This document shows, piece after piece, positions 14,711 to 28,392 of a DNA stretch of 64,000 nt. The translations under genes were made by a program, and so were the position numbers. The stretch is taken from contig NW_027252702.1 in NCBI RefSeq assembly GCF_044704955.1, positions 620,001 through 684,000 on the forward strand, in the 5' to 3' direction. How positions within the stretch are numbered: the stretch's first letter is position 1; each line of letters starts with the position of its first letter. The stretch comes from Pristiophorus japonicus (taxonomy: Eukaryota). The notes below the pieces were generated by a model. That model was given only the letters and a program-made list of their open reading frames with translations. It was not told the origin of the DNA and did not search any database.

Positions 14711-15164
14711 CTTCCTCGCTTTTGCCACAGGCCTGATATCAATGATTTAATTATCAACAACGTTCATATTACTCCCCAAACCAATTCCCGATGCACTAAT
14801 CTATCCCTTATAAAAATACAATAAGAGCAAGGACTGTAACAAATGGCAAGTAATTACCTAACTTATTGCATAAAAAAATAATCACAGAATGAAACAGCAC
14901 AGAATGAGGTCATTCGGACCATCATGCCTGCGTCGGCTCTTTGAAAGAGCTACTCATTAGTCCCACTGCAGTGCTCCTTCCCCATTGTCCTGTGAATGTT
15001 TCCCTTTAAACTATATATCCAATTGCTTTTTGAAAATTACCGTTGAACCGGCCTCCACAACATTTTCGAGCAGCGCATTCCACATCATGACAAAGTGGTG
15101 CATAAAAAACGCCCGTCATCTTCCCAGTCGCTATTTTTTGGTATATAACTTAAATATGAATGAG

Positions 15165-15565
15165 AGGTGATCTTACAGAAAAGTATAAGGTTTTGAGGGG
15201 GCTCGACAAGTGGATGCCGAGAGGATGTTTCCACTGATAGTGCAGACTAGAACTAGGGGCAAAAACTTAGAATAAGGGGGCGCCCATTTAACCCTGAGAT
15301 GAGGAAGAATTTCTTCTCTCAGTAGGTTGTAAATCTGTGGAATTCGCTGCCTCAGAGAGCTGTGGAAGCTTGTTCATTGAATAACTTTAAGACAGAGAGG
15401 GATAGCTTCTTAACTGATCAGAGAATAAGGGGTTATGGGGAGCGGGCAGGGAAATGCAGCTGAGTCCATGATCGGATCAGCCATGAACATCTTAAATGGT
15501 GGAGCAGGCTCGAGGTGCCGTATGGACTACACCTGCTCCTATTTCTTATGTTCTTATGTTCTTAT
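15165..15565 (+). mobile_element. CR1 3' fragment
   Basis: Degenerate RGDL...RTRG...WNSLP motifs, tail (ttcttatg)n. Confidence 0.8.
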
Positions 15566-17353
15566 CTAAATATGTGTCCTATGGTACAGCCCCTCCCAAC
15601 AGTGGAAGCAGTCTAACCTATCTGCCCTGTAAATAACGCAATAATTTTGAACACCTGTTAAATCTCGTCTTATTCCACTTTGCTCTCAGAAGAATAATCG
15701 CAGCTTCTGTATTCACTCCACATAACGGGAGCCTCTCATCCCTGAGATCATTGTGTTAAATCCCTCAGCATCATCTTCAAGGCAAATATACTTAATATAA
15801 CCTGTAGCCAGGAATTGGACACAATACTCCAGCTTAGACTTCATCTCTGATTTACAAGGGTTTAGAATAACTTCCTTGTGTATCTAATCTCTATCGCTAA
15901 TAATAAAACCAAAGATCCCGTATGTTTAATTATCAACCTTCTCAACTTGTCCTGCAGCTTCACAGATGTGTACGTGTGTGTGAAACCCCAGTCTCTTGTA
16001 CTCGCATCCCCTTTAAAATTCACCCCCTAACATTGCCGATTTTTATTACAGCATTCTCCAGAGCACCCCCTCAGGGTCACACAGCAGGCTTTGATCATTG
16101 TGTCACTATGAACCATGTGGACTCCCTTGAAGATATCAACCTTGAAATCTTTACGTTACACCTTTCGGAGTTTCCTGTTTGCTGCTCATCTCCACCAACA
16201 CCCTCTAAGTTTGCACGGTTCAGCAGAAGGCTGATCAGATCCATCAATTTTAGCTGCAGCTGTTTGCATGCTCAAAGTGGGGCGCGTTCGCCCCCAATTT
16301 ACATAATGACTGATGTTTTTAAGTCTGCAGGAAATCAGAATTGAGTAGATATTGATAAATATAGCCTCACCGAAAGATTCCATTTATCAATAGAGATTTT
16401 GCACGAATCGATTCAGCTACAATGTGTTTAGTTGATAGACAGACAGCAAGTGTTGTTGATAAGTGGTTTTACCTGTGTGCCTTTATTACGAACACTGATT
16501 TAGGATCTAAGGTTTAGGTGTAAAACCGTGCTAGAATGCTGCAGAATAGCGCTCAGCTCGCAGGATGCAGCTATTGAGCCGTGACTGAGCGCTGTTCCCG
16601 AACCAGCCATCTGCAATCTGCCGGTAGATTGTGATCTACAGACAATAATGCAAGTACTGGTGCCGAGAAAAGTTTAAAATATTTTTTCGTGGTTATGCTG
16701 AGGGGACTGTTTGCAATGGTTTGACCTATTGCCAAGATGACTATTATTTTAATAGTCATCAGTCTGTGCTTCTTATCAATAAAACTGATAAAACCTCCGT
16801 TAGTCACTCGCTGAATGAGGTATAATTCGGTTCAGATCCTAAATATGTTCTGCACTTTTCTCAATCAAGCAGGACTGAGTTGCTTCACAAACGGCTCCTC
16901 TAAGTACTCTCCGAAAATACTGGATCTTAACGTCCACTCACTTTGAGACAAACTCTGGCTGAAATGTGGTAAGAGGAAATGAACCATCGAATCATGGAAT
17001 GGTTTGCAGCAGAGAATGAGGCCATTCGGCCCGTACAGCCCGTGCCAGATCTCTGCAAGAACACCTCAGCTAATCGCACTCCCCCGCACTTTCCTCATAG
17101 CCCTGAAAATTTGTCTCCTTCCGGCATTTATCAAAATCCCTTTTGAAAGCCACGATCTAATCTGCCTCCATCGTCCTTTCAGGCTCTGCATTTCAAGCCT
17201 AACCATTCGCTGCGTAATCTAATTTTTAATCATGTTGACTTTGGTTCTTCTGCATGTCAACTTAAACATGTGTCTTCTGTTTCCCAACCCTTCCGCCAAT
17301 GGAGACAATTTCTCTCGATTTAGTCTGTCTTTAAACCTCATGATTTTGAACAA

Positions 17354-20252
17354 CATAGAAACATAGAAACATAGAAAATAGGTGCAGGAGTAGGCCATTC
17401 GGCCCTTCTAGCCTGCACCGCCATTCAATGAGTTCATGGCTGAACATTCAACTTCAGTACCCCATTCCTGCTTTCTCGCCATACCCCTTGATCCCCCTAG
17501 CAGTAAGGACCTCATCTAACTCCTTTTTGAATATATTTAGTGAATTGGCCTCAACAACTTTCTGTGGTAGAGAATTCCACAGGTTCACCACTCTCTGGGT
17601 GAAGAAGTTCCTCCGCATCTCGGTCCTAAATGGCTTACCCCTTATCCTTAGACTGTGACCCCTGGTTCTGGACTTCCCCAACATTGGGAACATTCTTCCT
17701 GCATCTAACCTGTCTAACCCCGTCAGAATTTTATATGTTTCTATGAGGTCCCCTCTCATTCTTCTGAACTCCAGTGAATACAAGCCCAGTTGATCCAGTC
17801 TTTCTTGATAGGTCAGTCCCGCCATCCCGGGAATCAGTCTGGTGAACCTTCGCTGCACTCCCTCAATAGCAAGAATGTCCTTCCTCAGGTTAGGAGACCA
17901 AAACTGTACACAATACTCCAGGTGTGGCCTCACCAATGCCCTGTACAACTGTAGCAACACCTCCCTGCCCCTGTACTCAAATCCCCTTGCTATGAAGGCC
18001 AACATGCCATTTGCTTTCTTAACCGCCTGCTGCACCTGCATGCCAACCTTCAATGACTGATGTACCATGACACCCAGGTCTCTTTGCACCTCCCCTTTTC
18101 CTAATCTGTCACCATTCAGATAATAGTCTGTCTCTCTGTTTTTACCACCAAAGTGGATAACCTCACATTTATCCACATTATACTTCATCTGCCATGCATT
18201 TGCCCACTCACCTAACCTATCCAAGTCGCTCTACAGCCTCACAGCATCCTCCTCGCAGCTCACACTGCCACCCAACTTAGTGTCATCCGCAAATTTGGAG
18301 ATACTACATTTAATCCCCTCATCTAAATCATTAATGTACAGTGTAAACAGCTGGGGCCCCAGCACAGAACCTTGCGGTACCCCACTAGTCACTGCCTGCC
18401 ATTCTGAAAAGTACCCATTTACTCCTACTCTTTGCTTCCTGTCTGACAACCAGTTCTCAATCCATGTCAGTACACTACCCCCAATCCCATGTGCTCTAAC
18501 TTTGCACATCAATCTCTTGTGTGGGACCTTGTCGAACGCCTTCTGAAAGTCCAAATATACCACATCAACTGGTTCTCCCTTATCCACTCTACTGGAAACA
18601 TCCTCAAAAAATTCCAGAAGATTTGTCAAGCATGATTTCCCTTTCACAAATCCATGCTGACTTGGACCTATCATGTCACCTCTTTCCAAATGCACTGCTA
18701 TGACATCCTTAATAATTGATTCCATCATTTTACCCACTACCGATGTCAGGCTGACCGGTTTATAATTCCCTGTTTTCTCTCTCCCTCCTTTTTTAAAAAG
18801 TGGGGTTACATTGGCTACCCTCCACTCCATAGGAACTGATCCAGAGTCAATGGAATGTTGGAAAATGACTGTCAACGCATCCACTATTTCCAAGGCCACC
18901 TCCTTAAGTACTCTGGGATGCAGTCCATCAGGCCCTGGGGATTTATCGGCCTTCAATCCCATCAATTTCCCCAACACAATTTCCCGGCTAATAACGATTT
19001 CCCTCAGTTCCTCCTCCTTACTAGACCCCCCGACCCCTTTTATAACCGGAAGGTTGTTCGTGTCCTCCTTCGTGAATACCGAACCAAAGTACTTGTTCAA
19101 TTGGTCCGCCATTTCTTTGTTCCCCGTTATGACTTCCCCTGATTCTGACTGCAGGGGACCTACATTTGTCTTTACTAACCTTTTTCTCTTTACATATCTA
19201 TAGAAACTTTTGCAATCCGTCTTAATGTTCCCTGCAAGCTTCTTCTCATACTCCATTTTCCCTGCCCTAATCAAACCCTTTGTCCTCCTCTGCTGAGTTC
19301 TAAATTTCTCCCAGTCCCCAGGTTCGCTGCTATTTCTGGCCAATTTGTATGCCACTTCCTTGGCTTTAATACTATCCCTGATTTCCCTTGATAGCCACGG
19401 TTGAGCCACCTTCCCTTTTTTATTTCTATGCCAGACAGGAATGTACAATTGTTGTAGTTCATCCATGCGGTCTCTAAATGTCTGCCATTGCCCATCCACA
19501 GTCAACCCCTTAAGTATCATTCGCCAATCCATCTCAGCCAATTCACGCCTCATACCTTCAAAGTTAGCCTTCTTTAAGTTCTGGACCATGGTCTCTGAAT
19601 TAACTGTTTCATTCTCCATCCTAATGCAGAATTCCACCATATTATGGTCACTCTTCCCCAAGGGGCCTCGCACAACGAGATTGCTAATTAATCCTTTCTC
19701 ATTACATAACACCCAGTCTAAGATGGCCTCCCCCCTAGTTGGTTCCTCGACATATTGGTCTAAAAAACCATCCCTTATGCACTCCAGAAAATCCTCCTCC
19801 ACCGTATTGCTTCCAGTTTGGTTAGCCCAATCTATGTGCATATTAAAGTCACCCATTATAACTGCTGCACCTTTATTGCACGCACCCCTAATTTCCTGTT
19901 TGATGCCCTCCCCAACATCACTACTACTGTTTGGAGGTCTGTACACAACTCCCACTAACGTTTTTTGCCCTTTGGTGTTCTGCAGCTCTACCCATATAGA
20001 TTCCACATCATCCAAGCTAATGTCCTTCCTAACTATTGCCTTAATCTCCTCCTTAACCAGCAATGCTACCCCACCTCCTTTTCCTTTTATTCTATCCTTC
20101 CTGAATGTTGAATACCCCTGGATGTTGAGTTCCCAGCCCTGCTCATCCTGGAGCCACGTCTCCGTAATCCCAATCACATCATATTTGTTAACATCTATTT
20201 GCACAGTTAATTCATCCACCTTATTGCGGATACTCCTTGCATTAAGACACAA
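17354..20252 (-). mobile_element. Young CR1 LINE, nearly complete ORF2 (APE endonuclease + RT) with one nonsense codon, nested in an older CR1
   Basis: ORF 18231..20261 has NARS, ITETW, GDFN, SDH and the RT motifs GVPQGS/FADD. It continues in frame as 17454..18224 after a TAG at 18231-18233, where other copies have CAG. Older CR1 sequence lies at about 16985-17353 and 20253-20830. Confidence 0.97.
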
Positions 20253-21465
20253 CGCTATCAAGTCTTCTCACAACGTTCGCTATTCTATGAAAACTGCCCC
20301 AGCATCTCCAGTCTATTCAGCTACATTAAGTCCCTCATCCCTGGAACATTGCTATTAAAGCTTTTCTGCACGCGCTCTAAGGACTTCACATCCCTCCTAA
20401 AGTGTGATGCCCAAAATTGGACACAATACTCTAGTTGAGGCCGAACCAGTGTGTTATAAATGTTCATCATAACTTCCTTTGATTTGTGCTCTCTAGCACT
20501 GTTTATGAAGCCCAGGATCCCGTGTGGTTTATGAAACGATTTATCAATATGCCCTGTCACCTGCAACGATTTGTGCACATATATCCACACGTCTCTCTTT
20601 GCATGGACCCCCTTTAGATTTGTACCCTTTAGTTTATTTTGTCTCTCCTAATTGTTCCTACCAACATGTACCATTTCGCACTTTCCTGCATTAAATTCCA
20701 TCTGCCACGTGTTTGCCCATTCTACCAGCCAATCTATATGCTCTAGAAGACTGTCGCTATCCTCCAAACCGTTCACTATAGAGCCAAGTTATGTCTCATC
20801 TGCAAATTTTGAAATTGTACACTGCACACCCATAATATCTGGGCTCAGATTCCACCGTTTCAACCATAACTTGGAATGTGTAAATCACAAACAGCCTAAA
20901 GCTCAATTACTGTTAATCCGTTGAAAAGGACAAAAAATAAAATAGCTCTAGATATATGCAATCATTTTATTGCGTGTTCAATGCAAGCCTACTTTATTTA
21001 ACAAGTTGAGCAGGTTGTTCCCGACGATGATTGATGTGAGGAACATATATTTATTATTAGTTAGTGATATGGAAGCGGGAGGTCATGGCGATCACACCCA
21101 ATGAATGAATCAGTTCCTTGTTTTATTTCCCTTACGATATGGAACTTCACGCTATAAGTGACACCGGGGCGAACCCGCCTGTGTGTTGTGGTGAGAACCG
21201 CCAGCATTGATTGGCTGAACTCAAGGCAGTATTTACTTGTTAAACAACTTTCGGATTGAAACGTCATCAATACTATTTATGGATTCATCTGTTTGATTTT
21301 TTATGTTGTAAAAATGTAATCTCTATTAGCACACGAGCTAATTGAGAAACAAACATTGATTATATCTAATAGAATTTGCATTTCTATGGTGCCTTTCGCC
21401 ACCTCATGCCATTCCAAAGCGAGCCGCAACATCGGAGATTGGAAGTAGCCCGTGCTACATATCGA

Positions 21466-24400
21466 AACATGGAAACATAGAAACATAGAAAATAGGTGCA
21501 GTTGTACGCCATTCGGCCCTTCGAGCCTGTACCACCATTCAATAAGGTCATGGCTGATCATTCCCTCAGTACCCCTTTCCTGCTTTCTCTCCATACCCCT
21601 TGATCCCTTTAGCCGTAAGGGCCATATCTAACTCCCTCTGTAATATATCCAATGCACTGGCATCAACATCTCTCTGCGGCAGGGAATTCCACAGCTTAAC
21701 AACTCTCTGAGTGAAGAACTTTCTCCTCATCTCAGTCGTAAATGGCCTAGCCCTTATCCTAAGACTGTGACCCTTCGTTCTTGACTTCCCCAACATCGGG
21801 ATCATTCTTACCACATCTAACTTGACCAGTCCCGTCAGAATCCTAAAAATGTCTTTGAGATCCCCACTCATCCTTCTAAGCTCCAGTTTATAAAGGCCCA
21901 GTTGATCCAGTCTCTCCTCATATGTCAGTCCTGCCATCCCGTGAATCAGTTTGGTGAATATTCGCTGCACGCCCTCAATATCAAGAACGTCATTTCTCAG
22001 ATTAACAGACCAAAACTGAACACAATATTCCAGCTGAGGCCTCACGAAGGCACTGTACAACAGCAGTAAGACCTTCCTGCTCCTATACTCAAATCCCCTA
22101 GCTATGAAGGTCAACATACCATTTGCCTTCTTCACCGCCTGCTGTACCTACCATGACTGATGTACCATGACATTCAGGTCTCGTTGCACCTCCCCTTTTC
22201 CTAATCTGCCGCCATTCAGAAAATATTCTGCCTTCTGGATTTTGCCACCGAAGTGGATAACCTCACATTTATCCACATTATACTGATCTGACATGCTTTT
22301 GCTCACCTTCCTAACCAGTGAAAATCAACCTGCAGCCTTTTCGCCTCCTCCTCACAGCTCACACCTCCACCCAGTTTGGTGTCATCTGCAAATTTGGAGA
22401 TATGACACTCATTTCCTTCATCTAAATCATTAATGCATATTGTAAATAGCAGGGTTCCCAGCACTGAGCCCTGCGGCACTCCACTAGTCACTGCCTGCCA
22501 TTCTGAAAAGGACCCGTTTATCCCGACTGTCTGCTTCCTGTCTGCCAACCAGTTCTCTATCCACGTCAGTACCTTACCCCCAAAACAATTTGCTTTGATT
22601 TTGCACTCCAGTCTCTTGTGTGGGGCCTATTCAAAAGCATTGTCAAAGTCCAAATACACCACATTCTCTGGTTTTCCCTTGTCCACTCTACTAGTTACAT
22701 CGTCAAACAATTCCAGTTGATTTGTCAAGCTTGATTTCCCTTTCATAAATCATTGCTTACTTGGACCGATCATGCCATTGTTTTCAAAATGCGCTGCTAT
22801 TTCATCTTTAATAATTGATTTCAACATTTTCCCCACTACTGATGTCAGGCTAACCGGTCTATCATTACCCGGTTTTTGTCTTCGTCCTTTTTCAAACAGT
22901 GGTATTACATTAGCTACTTACCGTCCATAGGAAATTATCCAGAGTCGATAGGCTATTGGAAAATGATCACTACTGCATCCACTATTTATATAGCCACTTC
23001 TTAAGTACTCTGGGATGAAGACTATCAAGCCCTGGGGATTTATCAGACTTCAATCCCATCAATTTCCCTACCACTATTTTCCTCTTTATAAGGATATCCT
23101 TCAGTTTGTACTTCTCACGAGACCCTCGGTCCCCTAGTATTTCCAGAAGATTATTTGTGTCTTCCTTCGTGAACACAGAATCAAAGTATTTGTTTAACTT
23201 CTCCGCCATTTCTTTGTTCCCGATTATAAATTCACCTGAATCTGACTGCAAGGGACCTACTTTTGTGTTCACGAATCTCTTTCTCTTCACATAGCTGTAA
23301 GAATTAGAAACAGGAGTAGGCCATCTAGCCCCTCGAGCCTGCTCCGCCATTCAACAAGATCATGGCTGATCTGGCCGTGGGCTCAGCTCCACTTACCCGC
23401 CCGCTGCAGTCAGTTTTTATGTTCCCAGCAAATTTCCTCTCATACTCTATTTTCCCCCTCCTATTTAAACCCTTTGTCCTCCTCCACTGTATTATAACAT
23501 TCTCCTAGTCCTCAGCTTTGCTGCTTTTGCTAGCCAATTTTTATGCCTCTTCCTTGGATTTAACACTATCCATAATTTCCCTTGATAGCCACGGTTGAAC
23601 AACCTTTCCTGTTTTATTTTTACTCCAGACAGGGATGTACAATTGTTGAAGTTCACCCATGTGATCTTCAAATGTTTGCCATTGCTTATCCATCTTCAAC
23701 CCTTTAAGTGTCACTCGCCAGTCTCTTCAAGACAATTCACGTCTCAGACCATCGAAGTTAGCTTTTCCCAAGTTCAGGACCTTAGTCTCTGAATGAACTG
23801 TGTCACTCTCCATCTTAATAAAGAATTCTACACTATTATGGTCACTCTTCCCCAAGGAGCCTCGCCCAACAAGATTGCTAATATGTCCTTTCTTATTACA
23901 CATCAACCAGTCGAGGATGGCTAGCCCGCTAGTTGGTTCCTCGACATATTGGTCTGGGAAACAATCGCTAAAACATTCCACGAAATCGTGCACCACCGCA
24001 TTGCTACCAGTTTGGTTCGCCCACTCAATATGTAGATTATAATCGCACATGATAACTGCTGTACCTTTATTGCATGCATCCGTAATTTTTTGTTAGATGC
24101 TGTCCCCATCCTCATTACTACTGCTTGGTGCTCTGTACACAATTCTCTAGCGTTTTCTGCCCTTTGGTGATCCGTAGCTCCACTCATACAGATTGTACAT
24201 CATCCAAGCTAATGTCCTTCCTTACTATTGCATTAATTTCCTCTTTAACCAGCAACGCCACACTACCTCCTTTTCCTTTCTGTCTATCCATCCAAAATGT
24301 TGAATTCACCTGGATGTTGAGTTCCCAGCCTTGGTCACCCTGGATGCAAAATACATCATAACTGTTAGCTGCTATTGGGGCAGTTAATTCGTCCACCTTT

Positions 24401-25680
24401 TCCGAATAATCTTCGCAAATGGTGCACAGCCTTCACGGTTGTTTTTTTAAAAACCTCTGCCCCTTTAGGATTTTGCTGTAATGTGGCCCTTTTTGCTTTT
24501 TGCCTTGGGTTTCCCTGCCCTCCACATTTACTTTCCATCTTTCTCTCTTTTGCTTCTGCCCCCATGCTACTTCCCGATGTCTCCCTGCATAGGTTCCCAT
24601 TCCCCTTCCATATCAGTTTAACTCCTCCCCAACAGCACGAGCAAACACTCCCCCTGGGACATTGATTCTGGTCCTGCCCAGTTGCTGACCATCCGGTTTG
24701 TACTGGTGCCACCTCCCCCAGAACCGGTTCCAATGTCCACGAAATTTGAATCCCTCCCTTCTGCACCACTTCTCCAGCCACGTATGCTTCTCAGCAATCC
24801 ATCGATTCCTACTCTGACTAGCACGTGGCACTCATAGCAATCCTGAGATTACTACTTTTGAAGTCCTACTTTTTAATTTAGCTCCAGCTCCCGAAATTCG
24901 CCTTGTTGGACCTCATGCCTTTTTTTTAACTGCAACGTTGATACCTATATGCACCGCGACAACTGGCTGTTTACCCTCCCCCTTCAGAATGTCCTGCACC
25001 CGCTCCGAGGCATCCTTGACCCTTGCACCAGGGAGTCAACATAGCATCCTGGAATCTCCGTTGCGGCCACAGAAACGTCTATCTATTTCCCTTAGAATAG
25101 AATCCCCTATCACTATAGCTTTACCACTCTTTTTCCTGCCCTCCTGTGCAGTAGAACCACCCACAGTGCCATGAACTTGGCTGCTGCTGCCCTCCCCTGA
25201 TGAGTCATCCCCCTCAACAGTACCCATGGCGGTGTATCTGTTTTGCAGGGTGATGACCGCAGGGGACACCTGCAGTAACTTCCTTCCACTGCTCTTCCTG
25301 TTGATCACCCATCCCCTATCTGGCTGTGTAACCTTTACCTGCGCTAAGACCACCTCACTAAACGTGATATTTACGTCTTTCTCAGCATCGTTGATGCTCC
25401 AGAGTGTATCCACCCACAGCTCCAGTGTTGCAATGCGGTCTGTCATGAGTTACAGCCGGATACACTTTGCGCATATGTAGCCGTCAGGGACACTGACTTC
25501 TCACATAGTACAGGAGGAGCATAACACGTGTCCGAGCTCTCCTGCCATGACTTAACCCCGAGCTTAACATAATTTGGCAACAATAATGCTAAAGGCTACT
25601 TACTGGTAAAGAAAAGAAAAAGAAAAACTGCTCACCAATAACCAGCCGATCACTTACCCCCTGCGCTGTGACGTCCCCTT
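21466..25680 (-). mobile_element. Near full-length older CR1 LINE (ORF1 esterase-like + ORF2), degenerate
   Basis: ORF1 pieces with the IVIGDS SGNH/GDSL-like motif (25036..25446, 24613..24831), ORF2 endonuclease and RT fragments, and a tail at 21466-21495. A short CR1 3' piece is inserted at about 23299-23403. Confidence 0.9.
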
Positions 25681-26479
25681 TCGATTTATTTCTACTTCTT
25701 TTTGCCTTCTGTCCCTGCTGCGACAATCCCCACTGATGGCATCCCTTTTGATTTCATGATCTTTAATCTGACGTAGAACAAGTTACTGAAGGCACATTAT
25801 CTTTCCGTCATTGTTCATTGTTCTTAGGCTTTATGTAACCACTTGGGCTGCTGACCGAGAATGGTATAGCTATTTGTCAGCCGGCACGGATACAATGGAG
25901 CGAATTGATCTTCTTCTGGGCTGTAAATTTCAATATTTCTATGTTTCTATTCCAGCAAATACCGACCATAATCAATTGGATAGCGACATCAGATCATCGC
26001 TGAGATATTCTGCTCTGGGACAGCCAATCAAAACATTTCCAGCCAGTGATTTATCGCCCTCGGACATTACTGATTGGAAAAACATGAGAGAGGCGCTATT
26101 TCACGGTTGGCACTCTAGGAGCACTTACACCAGGCAGCAGCTGAACACACATCCGTTGAGGCTCGCAGAGAGAACAATGTCTTTTGAGTAAATCAAAGAC
26201 GTGTGTACCGAGTCTACCGGTAGATTCCGCCAACATGAATAGTTCAGAAGGGAAACGCCTTTCTATAGAATAGGTGCCTAAAGATCGAGAGACCACAGCA
26301 CAACCGCAGCACTGGTTGGATTAACGCGGCTGGTGTCGAGCTCAGGGCTGGTGGTCAATATCCGCGCAACAGCGGGACACGGAGGGTGAGGTGGCTCGGT
26401 TTGTCACAGTAAAGGTGTAAGAGGTTTACCAGTATTTATTTAAGTGCCCACTTTCTGCTGCATTCGCTTTGTCAAGCTA

Positions 26480-27500
26480 ACATACGAACCTAAGAAATAG
26501 GAGCGTTAGTAGGCCATACTGCCCTTCGAGCCTGCTCCATCATTCAATAAGATCATGGCTGATCCGAACATGGACTCAGGTCCACTCCCTGCCTGCTTCC
26601 CATAACCCCTTGACCCATTATCGGTTAAGAAACTGTCTATCAATGTCTTAAATTATTCAATGACCCAACCTCCACAGCACCCTGAGGCAACGAATTTCAC
26701 AGATTTACAACCCTGCATGAGAAAAAATTCCTCCTCATCTCAGTTTTAAATGGGTGGCCCTTTATTCCATGATTATGCCCGCTAGTTCTATTTTCCCATA
26801 TCAGTGGAAGCATTCTCTCTGCATCCATCTTGTCAAGCCCTCTCATAATCGTATACGTTTCGATAAGATCACCTCTCATTCTTCTAATTTCCAAAGAGTA
26901 GAGGCACAACCTGCTCAAGCTTTCCGCATAAGTCAACCCACTCATCTCTGGATCAACCTCGTCACCCGTTTCTGAACTGCCTCCAATATAAGTTTATCCT
27001 TTCTTAAATAGGAAAACCAAAACCTCACCAGTATTCCAGGTGTGGCCTCACCAATACCCTGTAAAAGTGCAGCAAGAGTTCCCTGCTTTTATAGTCCATC
27101 AATTTTGCAATAAAGGCAAAGATTCCATTGGCCTTCCTGATCAATTGCTGTAACTGCATAGTAAATTTTTGTGTTTCATGCACAAGTATCCCCAGGTTCC
27201 GCTGCACTGCAGCACTTTGCAATTTTTCTCCATTTTATAATAGCTTGCTCTGTATATTTGTTCTGCAAAAGTGCATAACCTCACAACTCTTTTGGGGAAA
27301 ACATAATAAATTAAATCAAGTGCCCCCCCCCGATCTGGGGAGTGCATATCCTCACATTTTTCAACATTATACTCCAGCTGCCAAATATTTGCTAACTCAC
27401 TTAGCTTGTCTATGTCCCTTTGCAGATTTTTTGTGTCCTCCTCACACATTTATTTCTTCCCAACTTTGGATCTTCTGGAAACCTGGCTACGTTACACTCG
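26480..27500 (-). mobile_element. CR1 3' fragment
   Basis: ORFs 26697..26945 and 27025..27222 contain LVRPHLEY and RMRGDLIETY. Confidence 0.85.
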
Positions 27501-27770
27501 GTCCCGATTGGTTAAGCGTGGATATAATCATTCATATAGCATTAATGTAATGCCAAATCATTAAGCTAGGAAAGTAAGGAAACACAATCAGTGAGGATGA
27601 AAACAAACCAAACGTGGATACCGTACAGCGTGTTTTCTAGATCTCTACTGATCTGTTCATTTTAATCATTGCAAGTGCCACCATTTTGACGATGGAGGGA
27701 GAGGGGATACAATGCAGCACATCACAGCCCGTGAGCTAAAGTCACTCATATTGGTCTATCGGTCTGTCCC

Positions 27771-27805
27771 ATGCAAATAAGCCCAGTCGCTCGAGGTTGA
27801 TAAAG
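27771..27805 (+). promoter_or_regulatory. Ig V promoter: octamer ATGCAAAT plus TATA-like GATAAA
   Basis: Perfect ATGCAAAT at 27771-27778, about 120 bp upstream of the leader ATG. gataaa at about 27799-27804. Confidence 0.8.
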
Positions 27806-27896
27806 TCGCTTTCCAGACACACACGGTTACCCAGAACAGTCTGTGTTTGGGTTGGGCGTTCGCTCTCGTTACATTGTTCCCCCTGGAGAAGACACA

Positions 27897-27939
27897 ATGA
27901 TTATTTTCTGGGTTACTGCCCTTTTAGCCTGCTTAGCAA
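27897..27939 (+). CDS. IgNAR: IgNAR leader exon (MIIFWVTALLACLA)
   Basis: ATG at 27897, hydrophobic signal peptide, phase-1 donor A|GTACGT at 27939/27940. Confidence 0.9.
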
Positions 27940-28074
27940 GTACGTTATACAAGAGATTAAATGTTGATTTGTTTAAAACTCTGCGGCTGGGTCTACATTG
28001 TGGAAACAGACCCGTCTTTCAACTCTTGTTCTGTTTCAGATACGCAATGCATTAAATATATTTTCTCCATTAAG

Positions 28075-28354
28075 GTACCTTCGGTATAAGAGTAGACCAA
28101 ACACCAAGAACGGCAACAAAAGAGTCAGGTGACTCCCTGACCATCAACTGCGTCGTAACTGAAGCCTCAAATGATTTGGTTAAAGGGCTTTGGTTCCGGG
28201 GAAATCGGGGTTCATCAAATCAGCAACACATCACAAATGGCGGACGATATGTTGAACAAGTCAACAATGGAGCAAAGTCATTTTCTCTGCTAATCAATAA
28301 CCTGAAAGTTGAAGACAGTGCACATTATTTCTGCGTAGCTGTGATTGCATACAC
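28075..28354 (+). CDS. IgNAR: IgNAR V (VNAR) gene segment, open frame, canonical Cys pair only
   Basis: After the acceptor ttttctccattaag it reads TFG-IRVDQTPRTATKESGDSLTINCVVTEASNDLVKGLWFRGNRGSSNQQHITNGGRYVEQVNNGAKSFSLLINNLKVEDSAHYFCVAVIAYT. This is a typical VNAR framework without CDR2. Confidence 0.96.
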
Positions 28355-28392
28355 CACAGTAATGAATCGTGTATCCCCGTAATACATAAACT
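28355..28392 (+). other. V recombination signal sequence, 22-bp spacer
   Basis: Heptamer CACAGTA at 28355-28361, 22-nt spacer, nonamer ACATAAACT at 28384-28392. Confidence 0.9.

Noticed and set aside
19441-20358. 305-aa ORF and other ORFs antisense to CR1, pol or gag
   Set aside because: Antisense shadows of real retroelement ORFs, with no independent motifs.
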